A stretch of 64,000 nt of DNA from Podarcis melisellensis (lineage: Eukaryota). Of the stretch, positions 48,080-63,099 are shown in pieces. Below the pieces are notes generated by a model, which worked only from the letters and a program-made list of their open reading frames with translations, did not search any database and was not told where the DNA came from. A program made the position numbers and the translations under genes. The stretch lies in NCBI GenBank assembly GCA_964234715.1, contig OZ174282.1, one strand, 5' to 3'. Position 1 is the first letter of the stretch. The number at the start of each line of letters is the position of its first letter.

Positions 48080-48871
48080 CAGTGGTGCCTCACAAGACGA
48101 AATTAAAGTCTTTTCGTCTTGCGAGTTTTTTGTCTTGCGAAGCACGGTTTCCCATAGGAATGCATTGAAAATCAATCAATGCGTTCCTATGGAAACCGCC
48201 TTCAGACCAGGTCCGGGGACAGTCTGTCCCCCGACCTCTTCTGAAGGCTGGCGGGGGGCGAAAGTCTTTGCTCCCCCCCCCCGCCTGCCTTCCCGGGACA
48301 GCGGAGACTTCTCCACTGTCCCGGGGCGATCTTAAAAAGCTGAAGGGCGGCAGCGAACCCTTCGCTGCCGTCCCCCAGCATTTTAAAAGCCCCTGGGACA
48401 GCGGAGACTTCTCCGCTGTCCCGGGGCGATTTAAAAGTCCCCGGGAAGGCAGGCAGGGGGGAGCATAGACTTTTGCCCCCCGCCGGCCTTCAGAAGAGGT
48501 CCAGGACCTCTTCTGAAGGCCGGCGGGGGGCGAAAGTCTTTGCTCCCCCCCGCCTGCCTTCAAAAGCCGTCCGGGATAGCGGGAAGCGCTTCCCTGCTAT
48601 CCCGGACTACTTTTAAAATGCTGGTGGTGGGGAGCAAAGCCTTTCGGCCCCGCCAGCCTTCCTGGACCTCTTCTGAAGGCCAGAGGGGAGTGAAAGGCTT
48701 TGCTCCCCACTGCCATTTAAAAGAGGTCCCTGGAGATTTCCCTATGGGCTTTCTTCTTGCGAAGCAAGCCCATAGGGAAATTCGTCTTGCAGAACAACTC
48801 AAAAAACGAAAAACTCTTTCGTCTTGCGAGTTTTTCGTTTTGCGAGGCGTTCGTCTTGCGGGGCACCACTG
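48080..48871. mobile_element. non-autonomous Tc1/mariner (pogo/Tigger-like) element with nested internal palindromes
   Basis: TIR cagtggtgcctcacaagacgaa/ttcgtcttgcggggcaccactg (20 of 22), TA flanks, no transposase ORF. Confidence 0.85.
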
Positions 48872-49838
48872 TAATTGGAATTCATAATTTTCTTACAAAT
48901 AGATGGCATTAGGTACATTGTAGAAGGCTGGCATAACCTGATCAGACTATTTGCCTACCTCAGTTTTGTCAATTGTTGGTGGCACCAGGTGCCAGCTCTC
49001 AGGCATCTGATATTTTTATTTAATTGAACCTGGAACTTCCTTCATGCAAAGCAGATGCTCTCACTGAGCTTTGGCTTCTTCCCATTTGTCCAGTCGGGGG
49101 GGGGGGATGGATAAAGCAATGCTCATCTCATTTTCCAAGTGTGGTTGAGAGCTGACCCCATCTATTCTATCTAAAGCAGTATCATACCAGTTTAAACCAA
49201 ATAATCCAGGGATATGTAGTTTGATAAAGGCACTGAGAATTGTTAGGTGACACGGTCACCTTCCAAGAGTCCCAGTTCTCAGAGTGATTTAACAACCAGT
49301 GACTCTTCCCAAGGAAATTGAGGGAATTGGAGCGCGAGCAGCTCGTGGCACCTTCACCCAACCACAGTTCCAAGGATTGTGAGGCAAGCAATGAGTGTTT
49401 AAAGTGCTATGATGCTGCTTTAAATGTATAGTGCAGATGGGGCCATAAACAGAAACTAGGTTTTGAGTTGTAAAGGCACCAAAAGGAGCAGTTTATTTCC
49501 CCCTCCACTTTCAATTATTTTTGTAAGGGTTTGTAAGTTTTAAAAATTGAGTATAGTGTCACTGTTCTCAATCATTACAATTCAAGTGGTATTTGGAATA
49601 TAACAGTTATCTAGTTTTGAAATAATTTTGTTAAAGTGCCTACTTAACAACATTACTTTTTAGAATTGGCAATTAGCTGCTATGGTGTTGAATATTCAGA
49701 GTTCAAACTCATGTCCTATATTATTCTTCAAGCTTTTCCAAAGTCTGCCAGTTGAGGGCAGCACATTCAATGTTAATTTTTTTCTCCATATGTTTTTGGT
49801 GAAGGATTTTAACTTCCTACTTGCATGTTTTTTTCCAG

Positions 49839-49885
49839 GTACAGATATTTGGAAGTTTTAAGACTGGTTTATATTTACCTACTAG
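49839..49885 (+). CDS. TENT4B: TENT4B exon 3
   Basis: ttccag acceptor, ag|gttag donor; VQIFGSFKTGLYLPT(S), first half of the nucleotidyltransferase motif. Confidence 0.96.
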
Positions 49886-51468
49886 GTTAGTACTCTTTAA
49901 TTTCCCCTTATTCTTACACTGAATATCACATTTTTCCTTCCCTGCTTATATTTAACTTGTAAGTCATACTGAAATTGCATAACAGCTGTTTTGATGTTAT
50001 GGAGATGAAAAGTTATATAATTTCACCGGAAAGCAAATTTGAAGTTCAAGGGAGTCAAAGTCGCTGTCAACATCACTTTCCCTTTACTGACCTGGCTGTT
50101 GACAGAAGATAGTCCTGCACATTTATAAATTATTGTTTCTAATTATGTATTTCCAACCTTTACCAGTGGAAATCTGGCCAATGTGACTTGCAAGTACAGT
50201 CAGAATACAATAATAAAACCGCAGTAAGATTTATTGAAGCTCATCAGAATCCAGGGGAGGAGAGTCTAGCTGGAGCAGACACCCAGTTTATCTTTTGTCT
50301 AGTCCCCTCAATCTCCTGTTCATTTCAGCAGGACATTTTGTGATCCTGTGGAGAGGAGAAGGGGCAGTCTACTTGGAGTAGGCATTGGTTGGTATATTTG
50401 CATGCCTCCCTTACTGTCTCTCACTCCTTTCCACAGGGCAGCTTGTGTCAGGCAATGCCCTGAGTAGACACTTCAGAGACAGCTGCTTGAACTGTCATTT
50501 AGTATTTGACCTAGATGATGCTGTGTAATAAAATACCTACCTGCTTACCCACCTGGCCACCTACTGTGTTCTAACACCAGGCTGGTGATGCATTTAAGCT
50601 GGAGGATTAACTGATTTATCGATGCTTCTAACCCACATTTCAACCGTAAAACTCCTTGGGGCGGTTTAAAGTTAAAAATCACAATAATAATAAATTCCAA
50701 AAACAAACAATGACAGCGGTGTCAGAAAAGAATCGACACAGGGTAGAAGTAGCAAAATGAAACCATTAAAAGCTATGGATGTGAGTTAAAAGCTCAAGTA
50801 GGTAGGATGTACCCAGCCTGGTATTTTAATGGTAACAGTGAAGGCTCCAGGCAAAGTTCCCGTGGAGGGAATTTCCAAAGATGGGAAGCTGCCATAGAAA
50901 GGTCCCTTTCCTGCAGTTGATACTTGCTTTATATCTGAAGACAGGGGAATTTGGAGAATGACCCCAGAAGGTTCACTTGGGTAATGATGGCATTTCAGGT
51001 ACTTGCTCCCAGATTCTGTAGAATGGCACAGGGGGTGGGTTATCTATGTTGGAGCTATTTGTGTCATGTTGTACCTTTGCTGTAGTTATGATTTTGTACA
51101 TTCCCCTGCACATTTAGTTATATCGCCTCTGTGGCTGTGTTCAGGGAGTCATACTGTGTTTCCCGCCCCACCCTATCTTGGATCCTGCAGCTGAGAAACA
51201 CTCTGTTCCTACAGATTTCATTGTAACCTGTGAGCTGGGAGATATTTGCCTGAGAGACTTGGGGACTTCAGAGCCATAAGCCACCAAACTGCCAGGGATA
51301 TTAGTTTGTATATTAGGAGGTGGCCATAGAGTGCCGTTTCTCGAACTCTCACTGCCAAGAAAAGTGTTTTGAGTCACTTCTGTTCACTTCAGAAATACAT
51401 GGCTTGAACAGGATTTTAGACCCCTGCCCTAGAAAAGCTTTGTATCAAATTTAATCACAGTTCTATGA

Positions 51469-51780
<312 letters not shown>

Positions 51781-52751
51781 TGAAAGTTGCAAGCCGAATC
51801 AGTAAATTATTGTTGATTGCTGTTGCTTTTTAAATTATCTGTATCTATTAGAAGTGGGTCCTCACACATGCAAATAAGCCCAAAAGATTGAGGAAGGGGC
51901 AATAGAGTAAGAATGGGCTTGGTAAGGAAGGTTCTCTTCCTCAGCAAAACAACTATGGGGGAGGCTGAAGAACACAAACCATGAATCTTTTTCATGGGCA
52001 CAGTTACTGCAAATGTTGCCAGTGTGACAATTTGCAGTATCCTTTTAAAAGAAGCCTTCCTTGCTTTATTACTGTTCTTGCGCCAGAATCCAGAGAACCA
52101 CACAACTGGTTGTGCATGCCGAAAGGAGCTTTGGGTTTGCATTTCCCAACAAACACATCATTCTGTACAGCAGAAGGACTGCCAAAACCAGTTTGGGAAC
52201 ACCGCATTGGGGGTTGTTGTCATTGGTGGTCTGCAGTTCAATGAAAAGTCTGGTTTCAAAGGGCATCCTCAAGCCTCTGGTCACAAGTTTTGTTACATTC
52301 TGGTCTCAGTAGACAGCCAAATAAGCTAGACTTTAAACAATTTTTAGAGACGAATTTCAGATCCTTGATGTACTTTAGCGCTATGAATTTGAGTCTAGTT
52401 GCTATTGCTTTTTTCAATGGTATTTCCTCGAATCCTTACATGTGAATTCAGCTCCTGATGATAAAGCCACATTTTCTTTCTGAAGTAACATGAGAAGCAC
52501 CTCTGGGATGTGAATGGCTTGCTTCTTATGTCAGGCCTTACGTGAAGAATAGCTTTATTCTGTGGCCTCCTATCTCCCCCTGCTGCCTGTTCATGACTGA
52601 AAAGCAACTGCTTTGTGACTGGAGTACTATTGCATTCCTCTATGGTTGTATAAAGGACCTCTTGTATGTAGCAAAAGGCTGAGCTCTGTGAAGATTGTTT
52701 TGTTTTAATTTTAAGTGTGTGCTGTCCTTGTCTAACACTAAGCATATATGA

Positions 52752-52916
<165 letters not shown>

Positions 52917-54099
52917 TGATACATGGAAACATGGGTTGGATCTAGACACATCAAAGAAGTGTTTCAGTAAAACGCATTGCAAACTTTGTATGAGAAATTG
53001 GGTGAGCAAAAACAGAACTCCATAGCGCCTTCTGGTGTCATAGTGTTAGAATGCATAAACAATGCATATAAAGTGCTTTTTTTTGCCAGTGTAGCTGAGG
53101 CCATGGCTAAGCTTCAAGAGGTGTAGGCAACAGGAGATTTGAGGCATGTTCTTGAAAATTCATGTTGTTTCTCCTCTCTCTGTTTCTTAAGAAAATACAT
53201 TGTATTTCTGATGGTCTCCATATGTTGTTGGACTCCTTTCCCCCCCCCCCATCCTCAGCAAGCCTGGCCAGTGGTTGGCATAGATGAAACTGTGCAGTCC
53301 AATAAAATCTGGAGAGCATCAGGTTGGAGAAAGATGCTGCTAGAAAACCTCATCGCAGCCATGTTTAAAAGAGTGAAAACAATGAAACAATTGAGAGGGG
53401 GCAGAGCATTTATATAGGGTATCTCCAATGGTAGATTTGCTCCAGTAGAAGCTCTTGCAATCTGCCTGCCTTTCTCCAGGCCTTCCTACATCATATTGTC
53501 TCCCAAAAGCTTCTCCTGATTGTTTGAGAGCTCTCTGGTACAGTGCGATCTGTATTCTGGTGAAAAAGAAGCCTTAAAATGGGAAATGGACTTAATCAGA
53601 GCCTGTGAGAAGTTGTATAGAAGGGATGGTGGTCCTGGGGTCAGGCCTGGCCTACCCATGAGGCGGGGTGAAGCAGCCACCTCAGGCGGCAAAAGCTCAA
53701 GCAGTTGCCCTAACCCTAACCCTAACCCATCCACCCCAGCCTTTTTGCTGCAACCGGAACACACACACCCCTGCACAGTTTTGGGAAGAGGGAGGCGTCC
53801 TGGTGCATGACATTGCTGCTTGTCTTCCCCACCCCTGGGAAACACCCCCCATCTCAATGAGTTTTGGTAAGAGGGGGGCATTCTGACAGCAGAAGAAGTG
53901 CTGGGATGGGCGGGGTGGCAGCAGCAGGGGGCAGGAGGTGGCACATTACTGTTTCGCCTCAGGTGGCGAAACGGGACGGGCAGTGCTGCAACTACAACCA
54001 AGTTGAACCTGCCTGCATGCCAAGGCTATTCACAAAAGAATAGAAATGGAAGTGTTAGGTTTTTGTTTGCCGAAGTGGTCCTTAGCACTCTGGGGCCTG

Positions 54100-54515
54100 T
54101 AAGAAGGGTAGTAGAGTCCTACGAGAGGGGCCGGTAGGGCTTGTCAGCCTGGGAAGGTAGCCCATCTAGGAGAAGGACAACTCTGATCCTAAACCTCCAC
54201 TGCCTTGTGGGATATCTTTGGGAGAAGAAAATGCTAAGGAGTAGACCCTACACAAATCTGGAGTAGAGTCCCTAAGATGTTTGAATGGCGCCTTCCAGCA
54301 ACACATGCAGCTAAGCTGGTGCCAAATGTATTGCTCTGCTTTCATTTGGACCACATCAGCGAGGCTGAGAGGGGCTTCTTATCATCTGGGCTGCCTGGTA
54401 CCTCCTGGTACACACTGCTCAAGCTTGCGTCCTGGGGAGGTCACTCCGGTGCCGCTAACACAGAGGTTTGACTTCAACCCCGGAGGCACACTCCATTGTC
54501 TCCCAAGACAGAACA
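54100..54515 (+). mobile_element. probable RTE-clade LINE 5' UTR-derived fragment
   Basis: motif gggaaggtagcccatctaggagaaggacaactctga resembles RTE 5' UTRs as I recall them; not database-checked. Confidence 0.4.
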
Positions 54516-55104
54516 CCTGACCCTGAATGGTGTTGCTTCTTGTTTTTAATTATTATATCACTAGATGGCACCAGAGGATATGTGTGGATCTGTCTGTGTC
54601 TCTCCCCAGTTAAAGTAGACTTTTTGAGCAGTCTTCCAGGTTATATTATTATTTATTACCAAATTTGATTGTACAATTAATCAAACCGTTTGGTATCTCG
54701 TACTATTTCCAGTGTAGAAAGCTCTTATACTTTTAGCGTTGGATGAGTTTCCAGAGGAGTTTTGTTTGTTATTAGACAGACAACCAACAGGTTGTACATT
54801 TTATGGTGTCTCTGAGAGTGCCTGTAAGGTGGCTTAGGGCAATAAGTATGAAGGCTGATTTCACATTTTGTTAGCAAACTGGAAATTAAAGTTCAGTATG
54901 AGAAGGAATCTAGAAAAGGAACCATACAGGCTTGTCCACTAGTCATGCTAGTCTATTATCTGTTGTTTCAGCAAGTAGCAAATCAGCAAATAAATTGGCA
55001 GGCCTCTGGCAAGGTATGAGTACTTTGAACACCACTGAGTGACAGTTCACCTCTTAAGCTGTCAATATCTGCTGAGATCACAGACCCATATTCTTTGTGG
55101 AATA

Positions 55105-55521
<417 letters not shown>

Positions 55522-56638
55522 TGAGAGGAATTATTATGTACCAGGTCATTAGGTCATGAATGGCCTTTCCCTCCTTTTAAGTGTAATATCACTTTAGGGT
55601 ACACAACATTGTAGTCCACCCATTGGCTGTAATAAAATAATTACCATAAAAATTGCATATAATGGAACTTAGTATGCTAACTAGTACTGTAGTTAAATTT
55701 TTTTGGGGGTAGCAGAATAGCTCTGAAGTGGAATGAGCACTGCTTTAGTAATAGCAGTTCTAAAACATTCACTTGTTTAAACTAATTATTTGCTTTGAAT
55801 TATTTTGTACTATTTCTGCCATTTCTGTTTTGGGGATATTTTTATCTGCAAACTAAAAAGTCAAAGACACATAAAGGAAAGGGTGTGAAGGGAAGAAGAC
55901 AGAGAAGGAAGATCAGTGTGATAACATCAGAACAATGTGGTGAGGTAGCCTCACCCCAGATACGCCCATTCAGCTGCTTTGATTTGCTGAACTGCCACTG
56001 TTACGGGTGCTACATAATTCTTGTTCCGCATTTTGTTAGAAATTGATCTTTTATTGTGGCAACACTTAACAATTTGGAACTCCCTTCCTATTGACATCCG
56101 GCAGGTGTCTTCACTGCACTCCTTTCAGCATGCCTGCTGTTTGTTTGTTTGTTTGTTTAGGCAAGCCTGACCAGATATGTAGAATATTGACAAGTGTTTT
56201 AGTCTGGTTTTGCATATCCCAGGTCCCAACTTCAGCTCACTCACTATACAGTGTGCTTCACTCACAATCTGGTTAGGTCTTTTTCGTGTGTTAAGTGTGT
56301 ATGTTGCAACTTTGCATTTCATTCCTCCTTCAGAAGAATCCTGTGAAGGTTCATCATTTATTTTGTTCTATTTTATAGATTTGGGGCAGGGGGCAGAGTA
56401 AGGTAATGACTTGCCCAGACACCCACAGAGTCTGAGTGGAAGTCTTGGGGCATTTTGCATCGGAAATAATTGAGTGATGGGATATGTGCAAAAGCTTTTT
56501 GTGTTTTGTCCCCTGAGCCAGCTATTAAATTGGTTGATTCTTTAATTTCACTATTGATTTTAGTGTTTACATGGATTGTAAAGGAATCTGGAGATTTTTT
56601 GTAAATCATTTTTTGTTTTTGTACCCCCCCCCCAATAG

Positions 56639-56869
<231 letters not shown>

Positions 56870-56961
56870 TAGGCCATAGGAAAGTAAACAATTTCTTGGA
56901 GACTTTTAACCCAAGGATGCAACAAAGCAGCAGTAGTTCCTGAATTGCATACAATCTAGTT

Positions 56962-57408
56962 TCAGGTGATTCCCAACAAATTGGGGGTCTAAATGGTACA
57001 AAATGTAGTAATATAAAACTGGTATTTAAAAAATGATTTTATATCACAAATATATATATAACACAGATGACCCACGAGGATGACCCTAAGACCAAAATGT
57101 GTCTGAGTTTATTTTAGAGTTGAGTTAATTTCAGGTTATGTTTGTTTGGAATTGTTTATATTATATAGAGTTTTAGAGTTGAGTAATATATATACATAAG
57201 CCAAAAGTAATAGCACATATGTCTAAAAGTGACCCACCTTATATACACATGTTCACATATTTGTATACATACATACACACATGCTCTCTCTATGTGTATA
57301 ATGTGTGAAATTTGCAAATATCTATATTGTGTGTTTTAATACATTGCCATTCCGTAGCTGCAACTTGTACAGTAGAAGCTGGAAAGCAAAAAGCTGATGA
57401 TTTATCTC

Positions 57409-57447
<39 letters not shown>

Positions 57448-57651
57448 CCCTCACCTTAAGGAACACTGAGGAAGACCATAAAGTCAAAAAGCATTTGGCA
57501 TTATTTTATTGAGTTGAATAATTTCAGGTTATGTTTTTAACTGTTTTTATATTTGTGATATAAAAGTGCAATATTTGTGTAATAAAATTGCTTATTACTT
57601 CATTTTGTATTATTGGGATATTTAGATCCCAGTTGATTGGTAAATTACCTT
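56962..57651. mobile_element. decayed Penelope-like element remnant (inverted plus tandem terminal segments)
   Basis: 56962-57067 is a degenerate inverted copy of about 57540-57651; about 57075-57145 is a direct repeat of about 57466-57540; hammerhead-like ctgaggaagacc...gtcaaaa. Confidence 0.5.
57409..57447. repeat. (TATATG)n microsatellite
   Basis: direct reading of the sequence. Confidence 0.85.
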
Positions 57652-57754
57652 GTTTTGTTTTGTTGGGACTAATTTCCTTTTTCCAAAATCATATTATATT
57701 CAGAGAAAATGTTTACCCGTTACAATCACCCTAATGGTTGTTTTCTTCTTTTAA

Positions 57755-57883
<129 letters not shown>

Positions 57884-57978
57884 TAAACATTATATGTCCC
57901 AAGTTGGATCCATTAGTGATGTCACTCTTCCCCCCCCCCCATCCTTTAAAAAGCCAGTTAACCTTTCCTTTCTCTTAA

Positions 57979-58128
<150 letters not shown>

Positions 58129-60389
58129 TGAGGCCAAAAGTTCACTTTAGAGGCCTGTAATATAGGTATAAAAGCTTCTTCCGATTCAAAAAAGCTTGAT
58201 TTGCATTATGGACAGTGGCACAAAAAGCTTCAGGCATAATGGAGCTTGCTTCTTAGTAAACATATATAAGATTGCATGGACAGATACAGAAAAGCACAGG
58301 CAAGAGGCCTGCAAGCGTAGGTTCATGATCAAGAGAGAAAACGTTGACTTGATAACTGACTACTTTGATAGAAAAAACACAGGGAGTAATAAATAGTGAC
58401 ATTCTCAAATAGAATAGAACATAGGCTGTGGAAGTTCCATAAGCAGTATAAGATACTTTGGGTTGTATTTGACAGATTTTTTCCTCAAGAGTGGGCTTGC
58501 TGAAGTCAGCGGATGTGATTTAAGTCCATTAATTTGAGTGGGTCTACTTGAGTATGACATACTGTAGTTGGGAGTTCTCATTTTAAAACAAGTTGTTAAC
58601 CCTCATGTGTTGCAGACTGAAATGTTGACAGCAGAATCTGCTGAAGGCTTGATCTGGCAGTAGTCCCTTCTGTTGTCATAACAAGTCAAAAAGAAAACCA
58701 AAGCTGCATAAACTTAAATTGGCCACTCACTAAATCAAGGCCTGTTATTCCCAGATATTCTTAACAGCATAAAGCCTGTATGGAAGCATGCAGACTCTGA
58801 TGATCCAGACTACGATATATTGAAAGCAGAGAACAGGAGGTAGAGGAGAAACAAGAGTGTCAAAGATAGCTGAAAGAAGTGCAGTTGACCATGCTTTTCA
58901 AACCACCTGTGGCTGATACCCTGTGCCCATTTACTTAAAAGTAAGCCCCATTGAACACAGGAGTTGCTTCTAAGAAAACATGTTGTTGGGATGCACTGGA
59001 GGGATGACAGAACTGCTGCAGGCAATTTACTAAATACTCCTATTCAGCAAAGGTTGATTTGTTTTATTGATACAGACCTAGGCCTGAATTCTAAATACAC
59101 TTACTAGATATAATGGAGTTTGCTTCTGAATAAATGTGCATAAGATTGCACTGATGGACACTGAGAAGAAGGGTGGAGAAGCCTGCAAGGAAAAGAAAAA
59201 CCATGGTCCAGAGAGATCAGAAAGGTTATTTGATAGCTGACTATTTCAATGCGAAGAACTGAGGAATAAAAATAAAAATGAATTGGGATAAATGATCATA
59301 TCTATACCTTGACAGAGAGTCCCTGTTCTATACAGCATGTGTCAAAACATGAGTCTCTGAGGAGTGTGTGTTTCTGGTTACAGAGATAATGCCTTCCTCC
59401 CAAGAGTAGTACATGTGTTATAGAGAACCACTCTGCCAAAGAGTTGTTTGTGCAAATCATGGATTTTAACAGAAGTTTTAGCAAATTCTTTTGACACAGC
59501 ATTAACTGAAAAGTTCCATGTCTGTAATAGGCACTTGGAGCACTGTGTCTCTGACAGCAATCTTTGTTACGCCATTTATAAATACTTTATGCAACTTTCT
59601 CAAAAGCTCAGAAGTAGTGTACAACCAACAAAAATGCTCCCAAGTTCTAAAGTTTAAAACGACAACATTTCACTTAGCTTTCCATCATGTCATCCTCTTT
59701 CAGTTATGCTATGCCATCCTTGGTGTGTCTTTAATGTAGCAAATCTTATTAATCTGTCCTGCCTTGCACAAGCTCTGTCAGGATGAAGCAAAGTTAGATC
59801 AGACCAACGCTTGGATAATTACCTAGAATATTTTAAAGAAACTTAACTGGATTCAACTAAATACCCCCCCCCCAATCCAGCTAAAATTAATAATGAAGAA
59901 ATCCCTTGGGGAGTAACAGATCTACATTAGTTGTGTTCATTGTGTTAACACCGGTTTCAGTAGTACATAGACATGACAGAGTTATTTGGTTAAAAGCCAC
60001 GGTCTCAGATATGACTGGATTGCTGCCCTGAATGCCATTTAACACCTATTGTCATTCAGGGCTTTGAAACAAATTAAACCCGTCTTGCATTTCATTTTTG
60101 CACTAAATGCATCTCAGCTGCAAGCATGATGCAAAAGTGGAAACTGATTTTCTTTACAACCCACTGTTGGTCTGAGAACGGAGCACAGTGTGTGTTCATC
60201 TAACACAGGGGTTGGGAACTTGTGGCCCTCCCTATACTGCTGGTGTACATTTTCCCCAGACTATATTCACCATGCTGCGTGGGGCTGGACCACATATTCC
60301 CCGGAATCCAAAACTCTCTATACTGTTGTGAGCAACTTCATTGTTGTGAAAGAATGCTTATGTGCTCACTATTCTGTACTTTTTAACAG

Positions 60390-60571
60390 GTAATGGGGTG
60401 ACCTTGATAGACAACCAGCAGTTGGACAAATGCAACAATAATCTTTCTGAAGGGAATGAATCACTAGGGAAACCTAGAAGTAAAACAGAGACACCAAGCA
60501 AACACTCATCAAATTCTTCATCAGGCCCTTTATCATCGTCATCTTCTACACTCTCCAGCTCCAGCGACGTA
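60390..60571 (+). CDS. TENT4B: TENT4B exon 10
   Basis: (G)NGVTLIDNQQLDKCNNNLSE...SSGPLSSSSSTLSSSSDV; taacag acceptor, gta|gtaagt donor. Confidence 0.92.
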
Positions 60572-62934
60572 GTAAGTATCGTGCCCTGGTCACTGTCCCA
60601 TTGGATTATTGTAATGCACGCTAGCTTCCCTTGAAGCAGTGTAGTTACCCCAGCTGGTCCAGAATATAGCAGCCAAACTATTGTCTGGAGCTATATGGAA
60701 GTCCATATTATGTAATTCTTGTGTTGTTTTCACTGGCCACTGTTTCCGGGCTCAGTTTGAAGTGCTGTGGCTCTGGTCTTTTAAAATAAAAACCTAAGTT
60801 GTCAGGGAACATGGTATCTTGGGAATTACCTTGTCCCATATGAACCCATTCAGAAACATTGCTCATTTTCTGAGGCCCCCCCTTGTAGTACCACCGCTGG
60901 CAGAAGTTCAATTAATGGGAGCAAGAAAAATGACCTTTTAAAATTGTGGCATCCAGGTTATGCAATGGCTTCCCCATAGAAATGTGCCCACCCCTCCAGG
61001 AACACCAGCTTTTAAAAGGGCTCTAAAGACAGCCCTGGTCCAAGGGACATTTTAGTTAAAGATTTCAGAATTGGATAAGTTATTCCTTTTGTCTGTTTTG
61101 TATTGTGCCAATAGTCTTTTTTATAGTAGTATTTCCCCCCCTCTTTGCTGCTTTGCGTCTTCATGCAGAGAAAGGCAGAATCAAACTGATTTGCTCAGGA
61201 AAACCCCCTCCCACCACCACAAAGTTGTTTTGTGTATTTAGGGATGGGCTGCTTTGAATTTTCCTTGCCTCAAACGGTATCCTTATAGCAAACAGTTTAA
61301 AAACGAAACAAAATTGTGAAGAGTTGCAAAGGCATATTTGTTTGCACTCATTCTTATCTTTTAGCTCCCGAAAGCTGTGCTTACATAATCAATTAAAACA
61401 AGACATAATAAAAAAATGAGATACAAACCTGTGAGAGGGGCAAAAAAGCATAGGACAGTTCAAAAGTTTGGCAAAACACAAAAGCATGTAACAAATTAAT
61501 AAAAAGCCAAGGCGAAGGCTAGTAGTCTGCCTTCTTCAGAAGAAGTTCTGAAATCTGGATGCCATAGTCAGAAACGCCATTCTGCCAGTCCCAGCCACCT
61601 AAACCTCCAAGGCAGTGGGAGATGGAACATGGCAGTCCTCTGAGAAGAGTGCAAAGGGTGGTTAGTGACGCCAGGGTTTATATGAGTCTGATCTTCAAGG
61701 AACATAAGTTTTAAAATGAAACAAAACCATACAGAGCAAGCACCTCTAAGCATACTTTAAAGCAGCACCTTTGTTTATGCAGCCCAGCAATTATGGCAAT
61801 ACCTGCTTTTCTATTTTATGTTCTTAGAAACTATATATGTTAGTTTCAGTGGATGCCCTAAAATTTGGTGAGCGTTGATTGTTCACATGGGAATTCCAAA
61901 AACCACATTTTAAAATTTCCAGAAAGGGATATACTTTCCCCTACTACTCATACAGTAGTGAATGCTCGCAATAATTATGCAATTGTCAGGATTCCCTGGT
62001 GTACCCTTGCACACATTCAGCATCTCCCGGACTGAGATGGTCTCAACCTGGATTCAATATGATGCTTTTGGGTTTGATATAAGCAGCATGTGCTTATACA
62101 GCTGCACTTGTAACTGGCAAGGCATATAGCTCACCAGCCCTGTATGGGAGCCCAACAGAGACTAGGTGATTCTCCAGCTTTCACTGCCTGGGACAAAAAA
62201 CCAACCCAATGGGTGCTGAAGCTTCCAGCAGCCCTTAGTACATTGCTGGTGGGTCAGTGGTTGTGCAGGCCTAGCCTTCTAGATCTGGGTTTCCTGGAAA
62301 GTGTATTGGCATCTGTAGGATATGAAAGAAATTTATGTTTGTATAGGACCTGCCTCCTTAGGCATTCCTGGTGCCAGACATGAGCCAAAATGATCAGGAC
62401 AGCAAATATTTGCCAGACTTGCATTAGCCTCTGAGATAATTAAAAAGAGGGGAAACGGTGTATGAGTTGGGATTGTCTTAAAGAGCTCTCTTTCCTCTAG
62501 CCTCATGGCTTCCATAGAAGCAGATTATCCAGAAAATGCAAAAAGAGCTAATTCCTTAGGCCTCTCTAACACGATAAAAGCTAGTTACATAAAGAAAAGG
62601 CGGGGAAGTGTTGCATTTTATGCAGCTGTTGGTGGGTCTAAAATAATTAGATGGATGCTTGCATCAATCCAGCATTTTAAAAGCTCATTTTTGTGGATAA
62701 TATTTGCATAGTACATACATGAAATGTGATTTGGAAACATTCCCTCGGTACAAATGTGATTCTGATAGGTCACTGGATCTGGGAGCAATAAAGGGCCCTT
62801 ATCACGTCTTATATTTGAGAGCAGTAGTCCCTTACCTGGTTGTAGTTTTGAAGGTGCTGACCATCTGAAAGAACCGGCCTCTCCTGTCTTTCCCCTTAAC
62901 TGACATGTTCCTGCTGATGCCTGTTTCCCAACAG

Positions 62935-63099
62935 GAGTCTGATGGAACACCATGCAAAACCTCTAAACAGCTGGGCTGCCGCCAAACTACAGCAAACAGA
63001 ATGGCTACTCAGGACATATCACTGGGATCCACGCAGTTGAGTGGGAAAATACCAAGTGGCCAAACAGTGAATGCATCCAGTGTTGTAAACAAGTCCCAG
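62935..63099 (+). CDS. TENT4B: TENT4B exon 11 (final coding exon not in window)
   Basis: ESDGTPCKTSKQLGCRQTTANRMATQDISL...VNKSQ; caacag acceptor, cag|gttggt donor. Confidence 0.92.
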
